This document shows, in pieces, positions 23,146-35,544 of a stretch of DNA of 64,000 bases. The notes beneath the pieces were generated by a model that was given only the letters and a program-made list of their open reading frames with translations, had not been told where the DNA came from and searched no databases. The first letter of the stretch is position 1. Each line of letters starts with the position of its first letter. The translations under genes were made by a program, and so were the position numbers. This DNA is from Selaginella moellendorffii (taxonomy: Eukaryota; Plantae; Lycopodiophyta), in assembly GCF_000143415.4 (NCBI RefSeq), contig NW_003314285.1, positions 771,370 through 835,369 on the forward strand. The letters run 5' to 3'.

Positions 23146-23251
23146 GCTCCGATACCATGTTGGAAGATGGATCTAGACAGGCCGGGGATTGAACCTTGGA
23201 CCTCCTACACCAGTGCCATGAACTGTGTGCATGTTCAGCTTAGTTCCAACA
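23146..23251 (-). mobile_element. Mini-LTR (94 bp) plus PBS, TRIM-like remnant
   Basis: TGTTGGAA...TTCCAACA (23158-23251) is followed directly on minus by TGGTATCGGAGC (iMet PBS). Absent from the paralogous copy near 3600. Confidence 0.65.
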
Positions 23252-24199
23252 TGCTCTAATTCACAGTGAAATAAAATTCTCAATCTACTGTGAAAGGTAA
23301 GTCCTCAAATTTTCAAACAACTGACTATGTCTAACATATGTCCAACAGCATGCACTGGAAACCCCATGAATGAAACCACAGAAAAAATATACAATAAAAC
23401 ACTTACACTTCTGAGGTTACTATGATTTTATTAGCAGGATATTTATAATCATGAAATTAGTTTCAATCCAAACCATTTGTTACTATATATAAACTAAAAT
23501 TTGAATATGAATATTTTTATATTCTATACATTGACATTAGTTGAGGTGATGGGAAGCCTTGATTGTTTTTGAGGAGTGTTTCTTGTTTGAATCTAATTTT
23601 TGTATTATCTAGATTATTTTTATTCTTGTAGCTTTTTATTTTTTTTTCTTTTGCTTTTTCTTCATAGCTATTCCTCATTTGTCCTTTTCCTTTGATTTTG
23701 GAGTAGTAATTAGTGCAAATGATCAATTGAAATCAATTAATAGTGGTATTCACAATATACAATGTAGTTCCTCCAATCCTCTCATTTGTTGAATTCCTTC
23801 TATAGAAATTTTGAAGATAATATGTATTATTAGTTTGATCACTTTATAGTGATTGGCATTTATCATTTTTAGGATGATGCTTAGCTTCTGTTTGAGTTTC
23901 TTACATATTTTCAAAGGACAATAGTAGTATAATAGTTTGAGCATAGCTACTTATGTAGATTGAAGCCTTTTCTTGAATTTTTTCAAATGTATATTGGAAC
24001 ATGTTGACAACTATATTGATAATTTTTAACAATTGCATTATATTTGTTAGAGGCTACCTAAGTTAGTTATGCAATTTAGTGTTCGCTTCCAAAGTCTTTT
24101 ATTTTGTGTAAAGTTATATATATAAAAGTGGATCAAGTTAGGCATATTATTGTTATATATTGTTATATACAGAATAATATCACATTGTATTTCTACAAT

Positions 24200-27100
24200 A
24201 TAAAGCTTCTTAGTAATACGACAATGTCCCACATGCTTGCATATAATAGAAGAGTCATAGTAGGTATGGAGTGAAATAAAGACTAAAAGCACCACTAATC
24301 ATAAATGATTATTAGAATTAATTTCCATAAAGTAAAAGTTACCCTTAGGCAATATTAAGAATGTAAAACAATAAATCATTAGTAAGTGATGTAGAATTTT
24401 TAAACCCATCATAAAACCCACTCAGACATACGGAAGTCAGGTACTTATGTGGCAAATAAGCTATTCATGAAGGAGTGGGTGGCACAGCTGTCCATGCAGA
24501 CTTTAGATCCATGGATAAACCTTTTAAGTTTTACAAACTTTGTCAAAAGAAGATAAATTTTGTTTACACTTTATGGATATTAAACATTCATTGACAATAT
24601 GGATCCTCGTCTAGAAAATCCACAAATGCTAAAATACCAAACTTGTTAAGAATATGGGAAGAAAGTGAAAAAGAAAAAAGAGCTTAAGAAAGGGCTTTAT
24701 AATCAGCTATAATAATTTCTAATCAATAAACAACTTCAAAATTATAAATCTTAAGTTTTGAGTAGTATGACAAATTAAGTTTTTCTTCTTTAATAATGAA
24801 GTAACCATAGTATGATCACCTTCTAATAACGTTTGTAAACCATACAAATATGCATAAAGCTTCTTGAAAACTATATAAATATTATTGCTAAACACTATTT
24901 CTTTGTTGGAGAGTAATTCATCTCTACTAATTGTAATATATAGCTGATGTACGTAATGTTATGACATTGACTAGTATAAACTCTTGAATTTAGACTTCCT
25001 GAGAGATCATATAACACAGTACTATTTAAACTCAAGGATATTTAATCCTAAATACCCCAAACTCTTAATCAATTGGAAAAAAGGTACATTTTACTTATAA
25101 GCAAAATCTCTTGTGTCATTTTTTTTTTGTTTATATAGATATACTTATGCTTTTTTGCATTAATACACCCCAAGATCAATATCATAACTATTCACATACA
25201 AAACAAGTGTAGTTAAAATATGCCAAAATTGGAGGAGTCATCAATAACTCTTTTAGATCTGTAAATGCCCATTTGTTATCCTCAAATTAAATGAAAAATG
25301 ATGTTGATGACTTTAACAATGCTCATAATAGTGTAATAAAATAAAAAATATGATCAAAAAATAATTAAAATATTACACTTTACTTAAAAAGCACTATATA
25401 TCATTCACACACTTTGGAGTAAAGAGCTTTAACACAACCATATGTTTATCAATATTAACTTGCAAATCTATTTGAGATATATAATATTCAAGATGGAAAG
25501 AAGATGATTTACGTGTTTGATCCTTCATCCTCGACAACTCTCTTTTCAGCCTCATCTTTAACTAAACCTCCAACACTTTGTAAATATCATGGATGACTTT
25601 GGACCCAAACACACATTTCGACTGCTTCATCTTTAAATTAACTTTTTGTAATTTATCCAACACTTTGTGAATATCATGGATGTGCTCCTTCTATATCCCT
25701 TTTGAGTGGATCAAGACATCATTGATAAAGTTAATAGTTACCTTTGGCATATCATAAAAAACCTCATCTATCATTTACTAAAAAGTCACTAAACCATTGT
25801 TTAAACTAAAATAGCATTACCAAAAAATTATATAAACCAAATGGTGTACGAAAAACAATTTTGAGAACATCTTCCTTAACTATTAGCACTTTTTAGTAAC
25901 TAAAAGTAGATATAACTTTGAACTAACAACTTCTCCCTAAACAATTTAAAAAATCAGTAGTATAAGGAAGAGGATACATAGTTGATCACTTTGTTTAATG
26001 AGCGATAATTGATGTAGAATTAAATACTTCCATTAAGCTTCATTATAAGATGAAGTTTATATACCTAAGGACTTAGTGACTTCTAGATAACACCCTTTTT
26101 TAATATTTCTTTGACATGTTAAATCTTGATTTTCTTTGGTGACTAATGCTAAACTGAAACTTTGATTAAATGAGCATCCTTAATTAAAATAGGATGACAT
26201 GTTACAATTTTGGCTTAAAAGATATATCAAATTTGAGGAAATCAACGTACTCTTTCTTGAGCCGATCAATCGTTACAACACAAAGACTATCAAAGGGATA
26301 TGAAGAAAGAAAAGAGGAGCAAGACAAAAATATAGTAAAAAGTAATGGGGAAATAAAAGTGATGAAAAATTGAGGGATGAAGTGGAATATAAAATAAAAG
26401 AAATAAAAAAAAAGAGAAATAATAGGGCAAAACCTTAAAGTCATATTTATCATGATTGTGCTGCAATTAGTTTATACCACTGATAAAATCAAAAGTTTGA
26501 CTTTGCACTATTATGCAATAATTAAAGCTTAAACTTGAGATTACTTATATGTATAGTTAGGCCTAGCTCAGCTTGCACACATGTATGTGTACAATTGTTG
26601 TCATAGAAAATGAAAATTGCCTCTGCCGTATAATACAACTATAAATAACAATATATAGTAATAAAAGATAAATTGGAGTTTGTATTAATCAATATGCAAA
26701 GAATGAACTTGGAAAGTAAATATTGTATAAACTTATATTAAGTGAACTCTTTGATGGTAATCCTAAAATAAAGATGAAAGGGTCACTGACTTATTTGAGC
26801 AAGGACTCTTCACTACTTATGTATTTGTTTCCCAAAAAAACACCTATATTAAGCCATTTCAGTACAACAATATTAATATGACATTTTTGACATCAAGGCC
26901 TCCACCCAAAAAATAAAGAATGCCAATATAGAAAATGTTGGCAACACTGATATATGTGGTTAACTTTGTCATATGCCCAATAATAAATATCACAATTACA
27001 ACCGCATACTCTTTGTCCTTAAACACAAACAATAACAATGTTAATTTTTATTAGAAAAGGATCATCTCCCATAAAACATATATGCAACAACAAAAGGAGA

Positions 27101-27450
27101 GGTGATGTCTTATAACATTATATTAGTTGAAGAGCATCAAACTAAAATTAGTGTATATGGAAGGAGCTATACTATATGTTCTGAATAGTGCCATCAATTG
27201 AGTTTGATTGTTTTTGCTGTAATTGTATAATATTAAGCAACTACACCAATTGCTACTCCAAAATTAAAAAAAGGAAAAGTTGCTACTTTACTGATAAGAT
27301 AAAACAAAAAGAAATAAAGCAAAAGAGAAGAAACTCAAAACTTATAAAATTTAAATAATAAAAAATTAAAATCATAAATCAAAGTATTCCTCAAGGACAA
27401 TTAAAGTTACTATTCACCTCCACTAATGTGAGTGTATGAAATATAAAAAT
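24200..27450. repeat. AT-rich decayed repeat region, related to 8.5-9.1 kb and 16.6-17.2 kb
   Basis: Several colinear similarity blocks; no ORF. Confidence 0.5.
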
Positions 27451-27815
27451 GGAATACAAAATTGTGTATATTTAATTATCTAACTTATATATAAAAGTGG
27501 TGGTTTGGATTGAAATGACTACCAAAACCCCACTACATTAATAATAATATACAAAATTGTAATTATACAATTGGACTTCATATATGTATTTTAATAAATT
27601 TATATTTCAATAAATTTTATATAAGATGAACATCAATTACCTTTTTTAACTGTCAAAATATTTAAACATTTATCCAAGTTTTCTAATGACTAACAACTAA
27701 AGTTTTTCAGATAAAAATCTAGGCCAAGAATAAAAATCCAGGCCGCCCTTTGCATACAACCAGGTATGCACATTTTAGAACTATAAGAATTTGAAGAATG
27801 TACAAATAACACTAG

Positions 27816-29448
27816 CTATTTGCTAGACATTTTTGCTTTTGCAAATACAACTCCTGCAAACAGTCCTGCACAACAATAGAAAGCATCTCGAACCATATCA
27901 TCAAGAGAAAACCATTGCCTACCAAAAATGATGCTCAGCAAGTTCGGCAAGCTTGTCGGCACTCTAAACAAGGCGATGCCAGCAACGGAGAGCGGTATTT
28001 TGTTCAGTGAGCCCACAAGACTGTAAGAATAGTTGGTCCTCTTATCAGTCGCAAAACAAACGAAATTTACCTGTAGGTGGTAGGACTTGTTTGGTACAAA
28101 AACCACATAGATGTGAAGCTGATTGCCAAGCCGAACAAGCCACTCAACGTGATAACTAGCCAAAATGTCGGAAGACTCAAAATTGGCCTGCAAACAAAAG
28201 AAAAGGCATCGTTAGCAAAAAAGTTGGACCACGAAAACAAGCACTCACAACGTCGACAAGTACTCAATCTCGTTAAAAAGGAGAATGAGCACGAGACCAA
28301 GAGGCAGGGAAAGAGAATTGTTGAGCAGAACCATCGAAAACTCGCCGAGGTTGCCAGATTTCGTTGCTTGTTTCGCTGTGTCCATTACCTTCCGAAGTGT
28401 CAGCTGTAAAAACACGTGAACGAGAGAGATTATGTGGTGAGAAACCAACGTATCACTCACTGAATAAGCAGCTGTGAGAAAGCAATTCAATATCTGCCAA
28501 GCGTATCCAACTCCGTGGAAAGAAAGATCGGTGAAACCTCCAGCCACAGCAGAGAGAACCTTCATTACTACAAGTTAGGATCTCAGCGTTTTTGGTGAAG
28601 AGTGCAGTCTAAAAAGCAAGTACCATAAGTAATAGAGAGCCCCAGACTTTCCGATTGTGATGCTTGCCGAAGAGATACATTTCTCCCAGCGCGGTCACGA
28701 TATTCGTCATGTTTTTTAGAATTGTTACCATCGCCACGTTCATGTTTTTCAGGCTGTCAACAGAAAGGATTTGGATAAACAACGGAGAAAAGAAACGAAA
28801 ATATTTTTTGCGGTACCTGTAAATGCTGCTGACAAGCATGCCGACAAATATAACGTTCACTGGAAACCAGACTCGAACAAGCTTCCAGGTGATTGGCTCG
28901 ATCGTTATGGCCCCCAGGAAGCTCAGTATCACGACTGCGATGACACTGATGAGGTTCTGCACAAGAAGAAACCAGGACGTTAGTTTCAGCGCAGAAGAAA
29001 CGGAAGAAAGAAAAAAAACGAGACCTGATAAAACATCAAAGAAATCCCTGCATTAAAGTTATATCCAGAAAGAAGGTACTTGTTTAGCAAAATCATACTG
29101 CAAGAGGACGCACAGTACGCCAGTCCAGACACAACAGCCTGGTGCCGAGATTTTCGAGAATTCTTCTCATCACCTTCGACATCCAGATCTTCCAGAGCAC
29201 TGGATAGACGACTTCCGGGAACAATCCTAAAAAGAAACACACACAAAAAGAATTTCAAGAACAAGAGGAAAAAAAGAGCTTTAACTCACCTTGCCGAATG
29301 CGCTCGTCTTATACCTCCGCGAGGACTATTTGGAACTCCATTGACGGGATTGGCTCCATTCAGAGCAGCGTTCTCCAAATCATCGGCTCCATTCCTGGAA
29401 AACAGATCTAAGCGCGAGAGATTGCAGCCTTGCTCACCTCAAAACCAT
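27816..29448 (-). CDS. GONST1: Golgi GDP-mannose transporter (GONST1/2 type), multi-exon
   Basis: SGLAYCASSCSMILLNK, AGISLMFYQ, VWFPVNVIFVGML, VAMVTILKNMTN, the GDP-sugar motif GSLNKIPLS and terminal FAKAKMSSK. Confidence 0.9.
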
Positions 29449-29767
29449 GATTTGGCCGATCAGCGAAGCTCTAGAGGCCTGCCGGCTCGCATTCTTCACG
29501 ATCTAGCTCTACCCTAGGCGAGACTCGCGCGATCCAATCCTTGGCGCTCCAGTTGACCTATATTTCCTTGCTACATTCTACTAAAGCCCTAATCCATGCA
29601 AAACGTGCTGTGTGGCGTGTGGAGGGGAAATCATAATCATATAATTCTACCATTGTCTCAGACCTTGGATTGATGGTACGGTAGGACTTTATATTTGTTC
29701 CAAGTGGGTGGAATTTTGAGGGAATGCTCCAAAGTCAACATGAAACAATGGATATTGTTGCGTAGCT

Positions 29768-31462
29768 TTGAAACAAGGTATCGATCAAATGACCCTCTCT
29801 TTGCTGGATCTGGCTTGCCTAGCTCGAAGCTCCTCGAAACTGGGAGATTTATCAAAATGCATTGCAGTGCACGAGACTATCTCCAGCAGCGAGCACAGGG
29901 ACAGCAGTTACCTCGCGAATCTTGTGCTGCAAATGTATGCCAAGTGTGGGGAAATTGGTCGGGCACTGAGCGTGTTCAGATGTATGAAAAATCCCAACGT
30001 TTTCTCCTACACGATCATGCTCGCGGCACTGGCACAAAACGGGAATCTGGACGATGCCAGAGCCTTGTTCGCCCAGATGCCCGAGCGCAATGTTGTATCG
30101 TGGACGACCATGATCTCATCGTGTGGACAGCTTGGGCTTGTCGAAGAGGCAAAGCAGCTCTTTGATCAAATGCCGGAACCGAACACAGTGACTTGGAACT
30201 CGCTGATTCATACATATGCCGTAACTGGGCATCTTTCTAAAGCGCAAAGTATGTTTGATCGAATGCCTGAAAGGAGTATTGTTTCTTGGAACGAGATCAT
30301 TTCGATGTACGCACAAAGTGTTGAGGGTGGCAAGGCCAAGCTTGTGTTTGATAGTTGTCCTGGATGGGATGTTGTTTCTTGGACAAGTATGATCCAAGCA
30401 TTTGCCTTTTCTGGGGAAATCCAAAGCGCTAGAGATGTGTTTCACGAGATGCCCGAGTGGAATGTGGTGTCTTGGAACACAATGGCTGGCGCGTTTGCGG
30501 AGAACGGGCACGCTGAAGAAGCTAGAATTCTTTTCGATTCGATGATGGAGCGATCGGAAGTGTCGTGGACAATCTTGCTGGGAGCTGCAGAAGATCTCGC
30601 AGAAGCAAAAGCCATCTTTGATAGCATGCCCGAATGGTCTGTCTTCTCTTGCACGGTGATGCTCCAAAAGTATGCCCAGTTCGGGCATATTGAAAACGCC
30701 AAGAGCCTGTTTGATCAAATGCCCGAGTGGAACGGGGTAACTTTGAGCACAATGATATCCATGTATGCCTTAAACGGGTATCTCGTCGATGCCAAGCGCT
30801 TGTTCGATGGCTCACAAGAGAAAAACCTTAGCGCCTGGACAGTGCTTGTTCAAGGATACGCTCAAAACCTGGATCTAAGAAACACCAAAGCAACGTTTGA
30901 TGCAATGCCAGAAAAGAACGTAGTTGCATGGACGTGCATGGTCGAAGCAAATGCCCGATCGGGGCAAATACTTCAGGCGAAGAACATGTTTGATGCATTG
31001 CCCGAACGAAACATCGTCTCGTACAACGTTGTCATTGAGGCGTTTGCGAGCTCTCCGTCAACCATCCATTGGTTTCACGACATGCTGATAAACGGGCAAG
31101 ATCCCGACGAGTACTCGTTCATCAACGTTCTTACCGCGTGCAGCTGCAGCGGGAGCTTGTTCCAGGCGCGGGACTTTTTCGTTTCGATGCAGGGCGACCA
31201 CGGGCTGCAGCCATCGCAACACCATTTTGCATCGATGCTGGATCTGCTGGGGCGGCTTGGACAAGTCCGAGACGCTGAAAAGATCCTGGGCGAGATGCCG
31301 TGTGAGGCGGACTCGGTGACTTGGGCGACCTTGCTTGCCGCTTCGAGGATCCACAAGGCCAACGAAAGTGGCGCTCGAGCTGCCAGGAACGCTCTAGAAC
31401 TTGAGACGATCAAGCCTGGAGCGTATTTGCTAGTTGCCGAGCTTGCAGCTAAAACCATTTGA
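29768..31462 (+). CDS. PLS/E-class pentatricopeptide repeat protein (first ATG at ~29789)
   Basis: Tandem 31-aa S repeats (FDxMPExNVVSW) and an E-domain-like C-terminus (HFASMLDLLGRLG...MPCEADSVTWATLL). No DYW domain. Confidence 0.93.
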   Translation: MKQGIDQMTLSLLDLACLARSSSKLGDLSKCIAVHETISSSEHRDSSYLANLVLQMYAKCGEIGRALSVFRCMKNPNVFSYTIMLAALAQNGNLDDARALFAQMPERNVVSWTTMISSCGQLGLVEEAKQLFDQMPEPNTVTWNSLIHTYAVTGHLSKAQSMFDRMPERSIVSWNEIISMYAQSVEGGKAKLVFDSCPGWDVVSWTSMIQAFAFSGEIQSARDVFHEMPEWNVVSWNTMAGAFAENGHAEEARILFDSMMERSEVSWTILLGAAEDLAEAKAIFDSMPEWSVFSCTVMLQKYAQFGHIENAKSLFDQMPEWNGVTLSTMISMYALNGYLVDAKRLFDGSQEKNLSAWTVLVQGYAQNLDLRNTKATFDAMPEKNVVAWTCMVEANARSGQILQAKNMFDALPERNIVSYNVVIEAFASSPSTIHWFHDMLINGQDPDEYSFINVLTACSCSGSLFQARDFFVSMQGDHGLQPSQHHFASMLDLLGRLGQVRDAEKILGEMPCEADSVTWATLLAASRIHKANESGARAARNALELETIKPGAYLLVAELAAKTI

Positions 31463-31554
31463 TCGTTCTTGTTGAATCGGATAAACGATCTTGTCAATCC
31501 ATTTCTCAAATGCTCTCGAGTGTCAAAGAGATCATCTAAAGTTTCGCTGCTGGA

Positions 31555-32323
31555 TCACGACTTCTTCTTGGTGTCTGACCCCGAGTATTTCCTGTCGAAG
31601 TAAGCTAGCTGGTTCCGGAGGTGACCATTGTCCTCGAGCAGCCGATCGTATTCCAAGAGGAAGCCTTCGCCCTGTTTCTTGAGAGCCTGGACGCTGGCTT
31701 CTGCCGCTCGGAGCTCCTTCGTCCTGCCCTCAGCATCGATCTTCATGTTCTCGAGCTTGGCTCTCAAGTCGTTGATCGTCCCGTCCTTTGCAGCGGAATC
31801 GAGATTCATCCTCTCCATTCTTGCGCGCAAGTCACTGACAAGGTGTTCCAGGTGATCAAACTCCACCTGTTTTTGTTTAAGCTGGAACTTCTCATTCTCC
31901 GAGATCTCGAGCTGGAGCTTGAGCAAACGCAAGGTTTCTCTCAGTGGCTCATCCTGGCACACGATCCTGTGGATCTGGCGAATCACTATCGCCACGAACA
32001 AACTCGATCCTACAATACATACAAATTAGAAACTCTTGCAGAGGAAATTTTTTTTTTTTTTGACTCTCGATCTTACCAGTTAGAGCCGCCAAAGCGCGTT
32101 GATAGTGGAGATCCACCAAAGACGCTGTGCGCATTCTAAACACAGCAGTAGCAAATGCAATAGAGAGATACCCGATGATCAAACGAGACAGAGCTCGCCC
32201 CTTCCCGATCACGAAGATTCCAACGCACGATCCAGCGGCGCGACTGAGAGGTGAGAATCTGCTCACAAGGAGTAGCAGCACAACGCATTCGATCGCCGCG
32301 AGCGCACTGAGCGCCTGCAGCAT
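31555..32323 (-). CDS. BAP31: B-cell receptor-associated protein 31-like (BAP31), one intron
   Basis: Three hydrophobic N-terminal helices, a coiled coil, ALKKQGEGFLLEYDRLLEDN and a C-terminal KKxx ER-retrieval signal (KKKS). Confidence 0.85.
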
Positions 32324-32497
32324 TTTTTTTCGTCCTCCCAAAAGCCCTAAGTCATTGTAAACCCTGGAAGCTTTAAAGGCGTACACGTGGCGGGCATCCA
32401 AGGGCAAACGAAGAGCAGCCCATTCTCCCGCGTTTTATTTCGAAGCTTTGGCGCCCAGCATTAATAGGGTTTTGGGGTTCCAGGGGATTGATCGGCG
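32324..32497. promoter_or_regulatory. Short bidirectional promoter shared by BAP31 and BRCA1
   Basis: 174 bp between divergent ATGs. Contains G-box CACGTG (~32384), E2F-type TTTGGCGC (32447-32454) and telo-box TAGGGTTT (~32465). Confidence 0.55.
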
Positions 32498-35461
32498 ATG
32501 GCGGCAATGGCGCCTCATCTGGAGCGCTTCGGCAGGGAGCTCAAGTGTCCAATCTGGTACATTTCTTTCTTCTCTTCTATCGGATCTTGTTGATCACTTG
32601 ATCTTCGCTTGTAGCTTGAGTCTATTCCAGCAAGCCGCGGTGCTTTCTTGCACCCATTGCTTTTGCAAGTAAGTATATCGTTTCTTTTTGTGTAGAGGTC
32701 ATTAACACATTGGTGCTCTCAGGCCGTGCATTCTTACATCCTTGAAGGGCATGCCATTCTGTCCTGTGTGTAAAGTCCCTGCCACGAGACGAGGTGAGCC
32801 ATTGGGCCGTGCTCTTTTGTCTAGCAGTTCTAAGTTTTTGATCCTTTGCTAGAGGTGAGGCCTTCGCCAAAGATGGATAACGTTGTGGGTATTTATCGGG
32901 ATATAGAAGCTGCGGTTGGAATCACACCGTTTGCTAGTCAGGATCCAAATACTCATGGTAAGGAGCAGACATGAAAGAAGATTTCTAATAGAGCTTTCCT
33001 ACGTGCAGGATTTCACAAGCAAACGAAAGGAGGTGACAATTCCCCTGAACGCGGAAAAGCTACTAAGAGAATTCCTTCTAAGAAAAGAGTTCAGGCACCT
33101 CAGATGGTCAGTTCTGGGAATGCCAAAGATAAAGAGAAATCTCGCAAGAGGAAACGTAAAGCACAAGTTGAAGAAAAAGAAGAAGAAGCCTTGAATCCAG
33201 TGAGTCTTAATGACTTTGAGAACTTTGAAGCTGAGCTTGCAAAGGAGAAGACTTGGGAATTTGGACGATGCGAAGCTGCCTCTTCGTCGAAACTGCAAAA
33301 GACTGCTGAACATAATACTGCGCAACAGGAACTTCCTCGACAAAGTACTCCTCTTGCTCCTTTCTTCTGGCTCTCCTCGCAAGATGATCCACAGATAACG
33401 CAGACACATCCATCGCCGGATATTGCTGCAAATCGCCCTTCGTTCAGCGACCTCAAAAGCTCAGAGCATCAGTCAAGTGAACAAGACATGGTAAGAGATG
33501 CTTTTATTTCCTGCTTAAGAAACACGGATCGTGCAGGAAGACGTATCAAAAGGTCATGGAGCGGATTCTGATCCATTTCTTTGGACTCAGCGTGCATGCT
33601 CTCCCGAACTTGAATGCAATGCTCACGACGATATGGTAAACTACGTTAGTTCGACGCTCTTGTTTTCGGCCTTACTCACGTGTAATGTAGATGAACTTGA
33701 TCGTTGAGGATTCACAAGAACTTGATCCTTATCTTCCTATTAAGCAGTTTTTAAAAGGTGACACAGACTCGGGAAAAAGCGTGATTAGAAGAGCTCGCGT
33801 GGATCCTGTCAAGGTTGAAGTTCCTTTTGACAAGATTCCTTGGACGGAGAAGCCGCATGCACCTGTATCAGAAGGTCCACCAAAAGAAGGCGATGTTAAG
33901 CCAGTTCGGTCTCCTGCAAAGAAGAGAAACAACAGGATAAGTAAAAGTCCTGTGCGTCAAGTTGGTAATGGTACTGTACAAGAACGCGAAGTTTCTCCCC
34001 GGAAATCTGGAGAGGTTTTTTGTGCATTCTGCCAGCGTGCAGGCGATTGTTCTGTAAGTAATTTGCCGTTTTGAGTTTTTTAAAACTGATTGTCCGGATG
34101 CAGGTTTGTGGAGACCTGATGGCTTACAAGAACGGTCTTCTTTTTCCAAGAAATAGCGGTGCCAAAAACGTTGTACACAAGCTTTGTGCTGAATGGTATG
34201 CTTTTCTTTTCTTCTTTTTACTTGTTAGATTCTATGTTATCTTCAGGGCACCTAAAGTCTACTTTATTGGCGATGAAAATGAAAACAAACTGCAAAATTT
34301 GGAGTCAGAAATTTTCCGGGCCCGGAAGCTTAAGTGTAAGAGCTGCAAGAGAAAAGGTGCAGCATTGGGTTGCTATTGGAACAGCTGTCGTAAATCTTTC
34401 CACTATCACTGTGCGAAAGCTGATTCCAACTTCAAGTTCGACACGGTATATGATTTATGAATTTCTTGGACACTAATGAATGGTTTCCGTTTGCAGACAC
34501 GGTTTCTCGTGCTTTGTCCAGTCCACGCGACCGGTTCTTTTTCTGGGAAACGAAGGAAAAGCTCCTCAGAAACAAAACAAAAAACGTCGAGACCAAGGTA
34601 GTAAAGCTCTTATTACTCTCAAGCTCCAATGGATCATCTTGCAGAGGTGGGAAAGCCAAAAAAGCAGAAGCGCAAAATTGTCCTAGAAAATATGTCTTCT
34701 GCGGTTCAAGCTTGGATACTCGTGACAAGGTAAATATCATTTTTAAGGTTTTATACGCCACCTGCATATCTTTTCTCAGGAGCAACTGGCAAAGTTCGCA
34801 TCAGCAACAGGATCACTCGTCGAATCATCGTGGAACCATAATGTGACCCATGTGCTTGCTGGTCCCGACGCGACTGGCGGTGCTCGGAGGACACTAAAGC
34901 TCTTGAGGGGGATTCTGGAAGGAAAATGGATATTGCAGCCTGAGTGTACGTAAACCACATTGAACTTCTCACACCGCTGATGAGCTCGATTGCTTGTACA
35001 GGGTTAACCGCCTGCCTATCAACTGGCCATTTCGTAGACGAGGCACCATACGAAGCTCGAGTTGATGTACAAGGCAGACTTGAGGAGGGACCCAAGCAAG
35101 GAAGACTTCTTGCAAACTCAGAGGTCTGGAGCACTTCCACACTTTTTTCTTGGCTTAACAAACATCTCGTTCTTTTGTTCAGGCCCCGAAGCTGTTTACC
35201 TTGCTAGACTTCTACTTCACCGAGTTTGAGGGGTCACTGAAAACGGACCTGGAGACCCTGGTCCGAGCCGGTGGTGGAACCGTGCTACATCGTCAGCCTG
35301 TCTCTCCATCTCCCAAGACAACGCTGGTTATCTATCCACAAGACAGCAAAACGCAACGGAAAGCGGCAACCTCGATAGCCGAAGCTACAGGAGCCGTCGC
35401 TCTGGAACACACTTGGATCCTCAACTCCGTAGCCGGCTACCGCCTTCAACCTTTGCGGTAA
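32498..35461 (+). CDS. BRCA1: BRCA1 homologue (RING, ePHD, two BRCT domains), multi-exon
   Basis: HLERFGRELKCPIC RING start; PFFWL and PSFSDLK motifs of plant BRCA1; ePHD (VHKLCAEW...KGAALGC...FHYHCA); BRCT (VTHV, TLKLLRGILEGKWIL, WILNSVA). Confidence 0.88.
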
Positions 35462-35544
35462 AGGTGTTTCTTCCTTTTTGTTTCTTTACTTACGCAAATG
35501 GTTTTTAGGGATCAACCAAATTGGGAGGAAAAGGAAAAGCTCTG

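Larger units (their letters stand above)
18370..23335 (+). repeat. Decayed segmental duplicate of ~270-3710, with the MTPSL block between the FNR and unknown-gene remnants
   Basis: Colinear matches: 270-400 to 18370-18480; 1395-1490 to 18675-18770; 1690-2490 to 18950-19385 (with deletions); 2710-3710 to 22630-23335. Confidence 0.9.
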
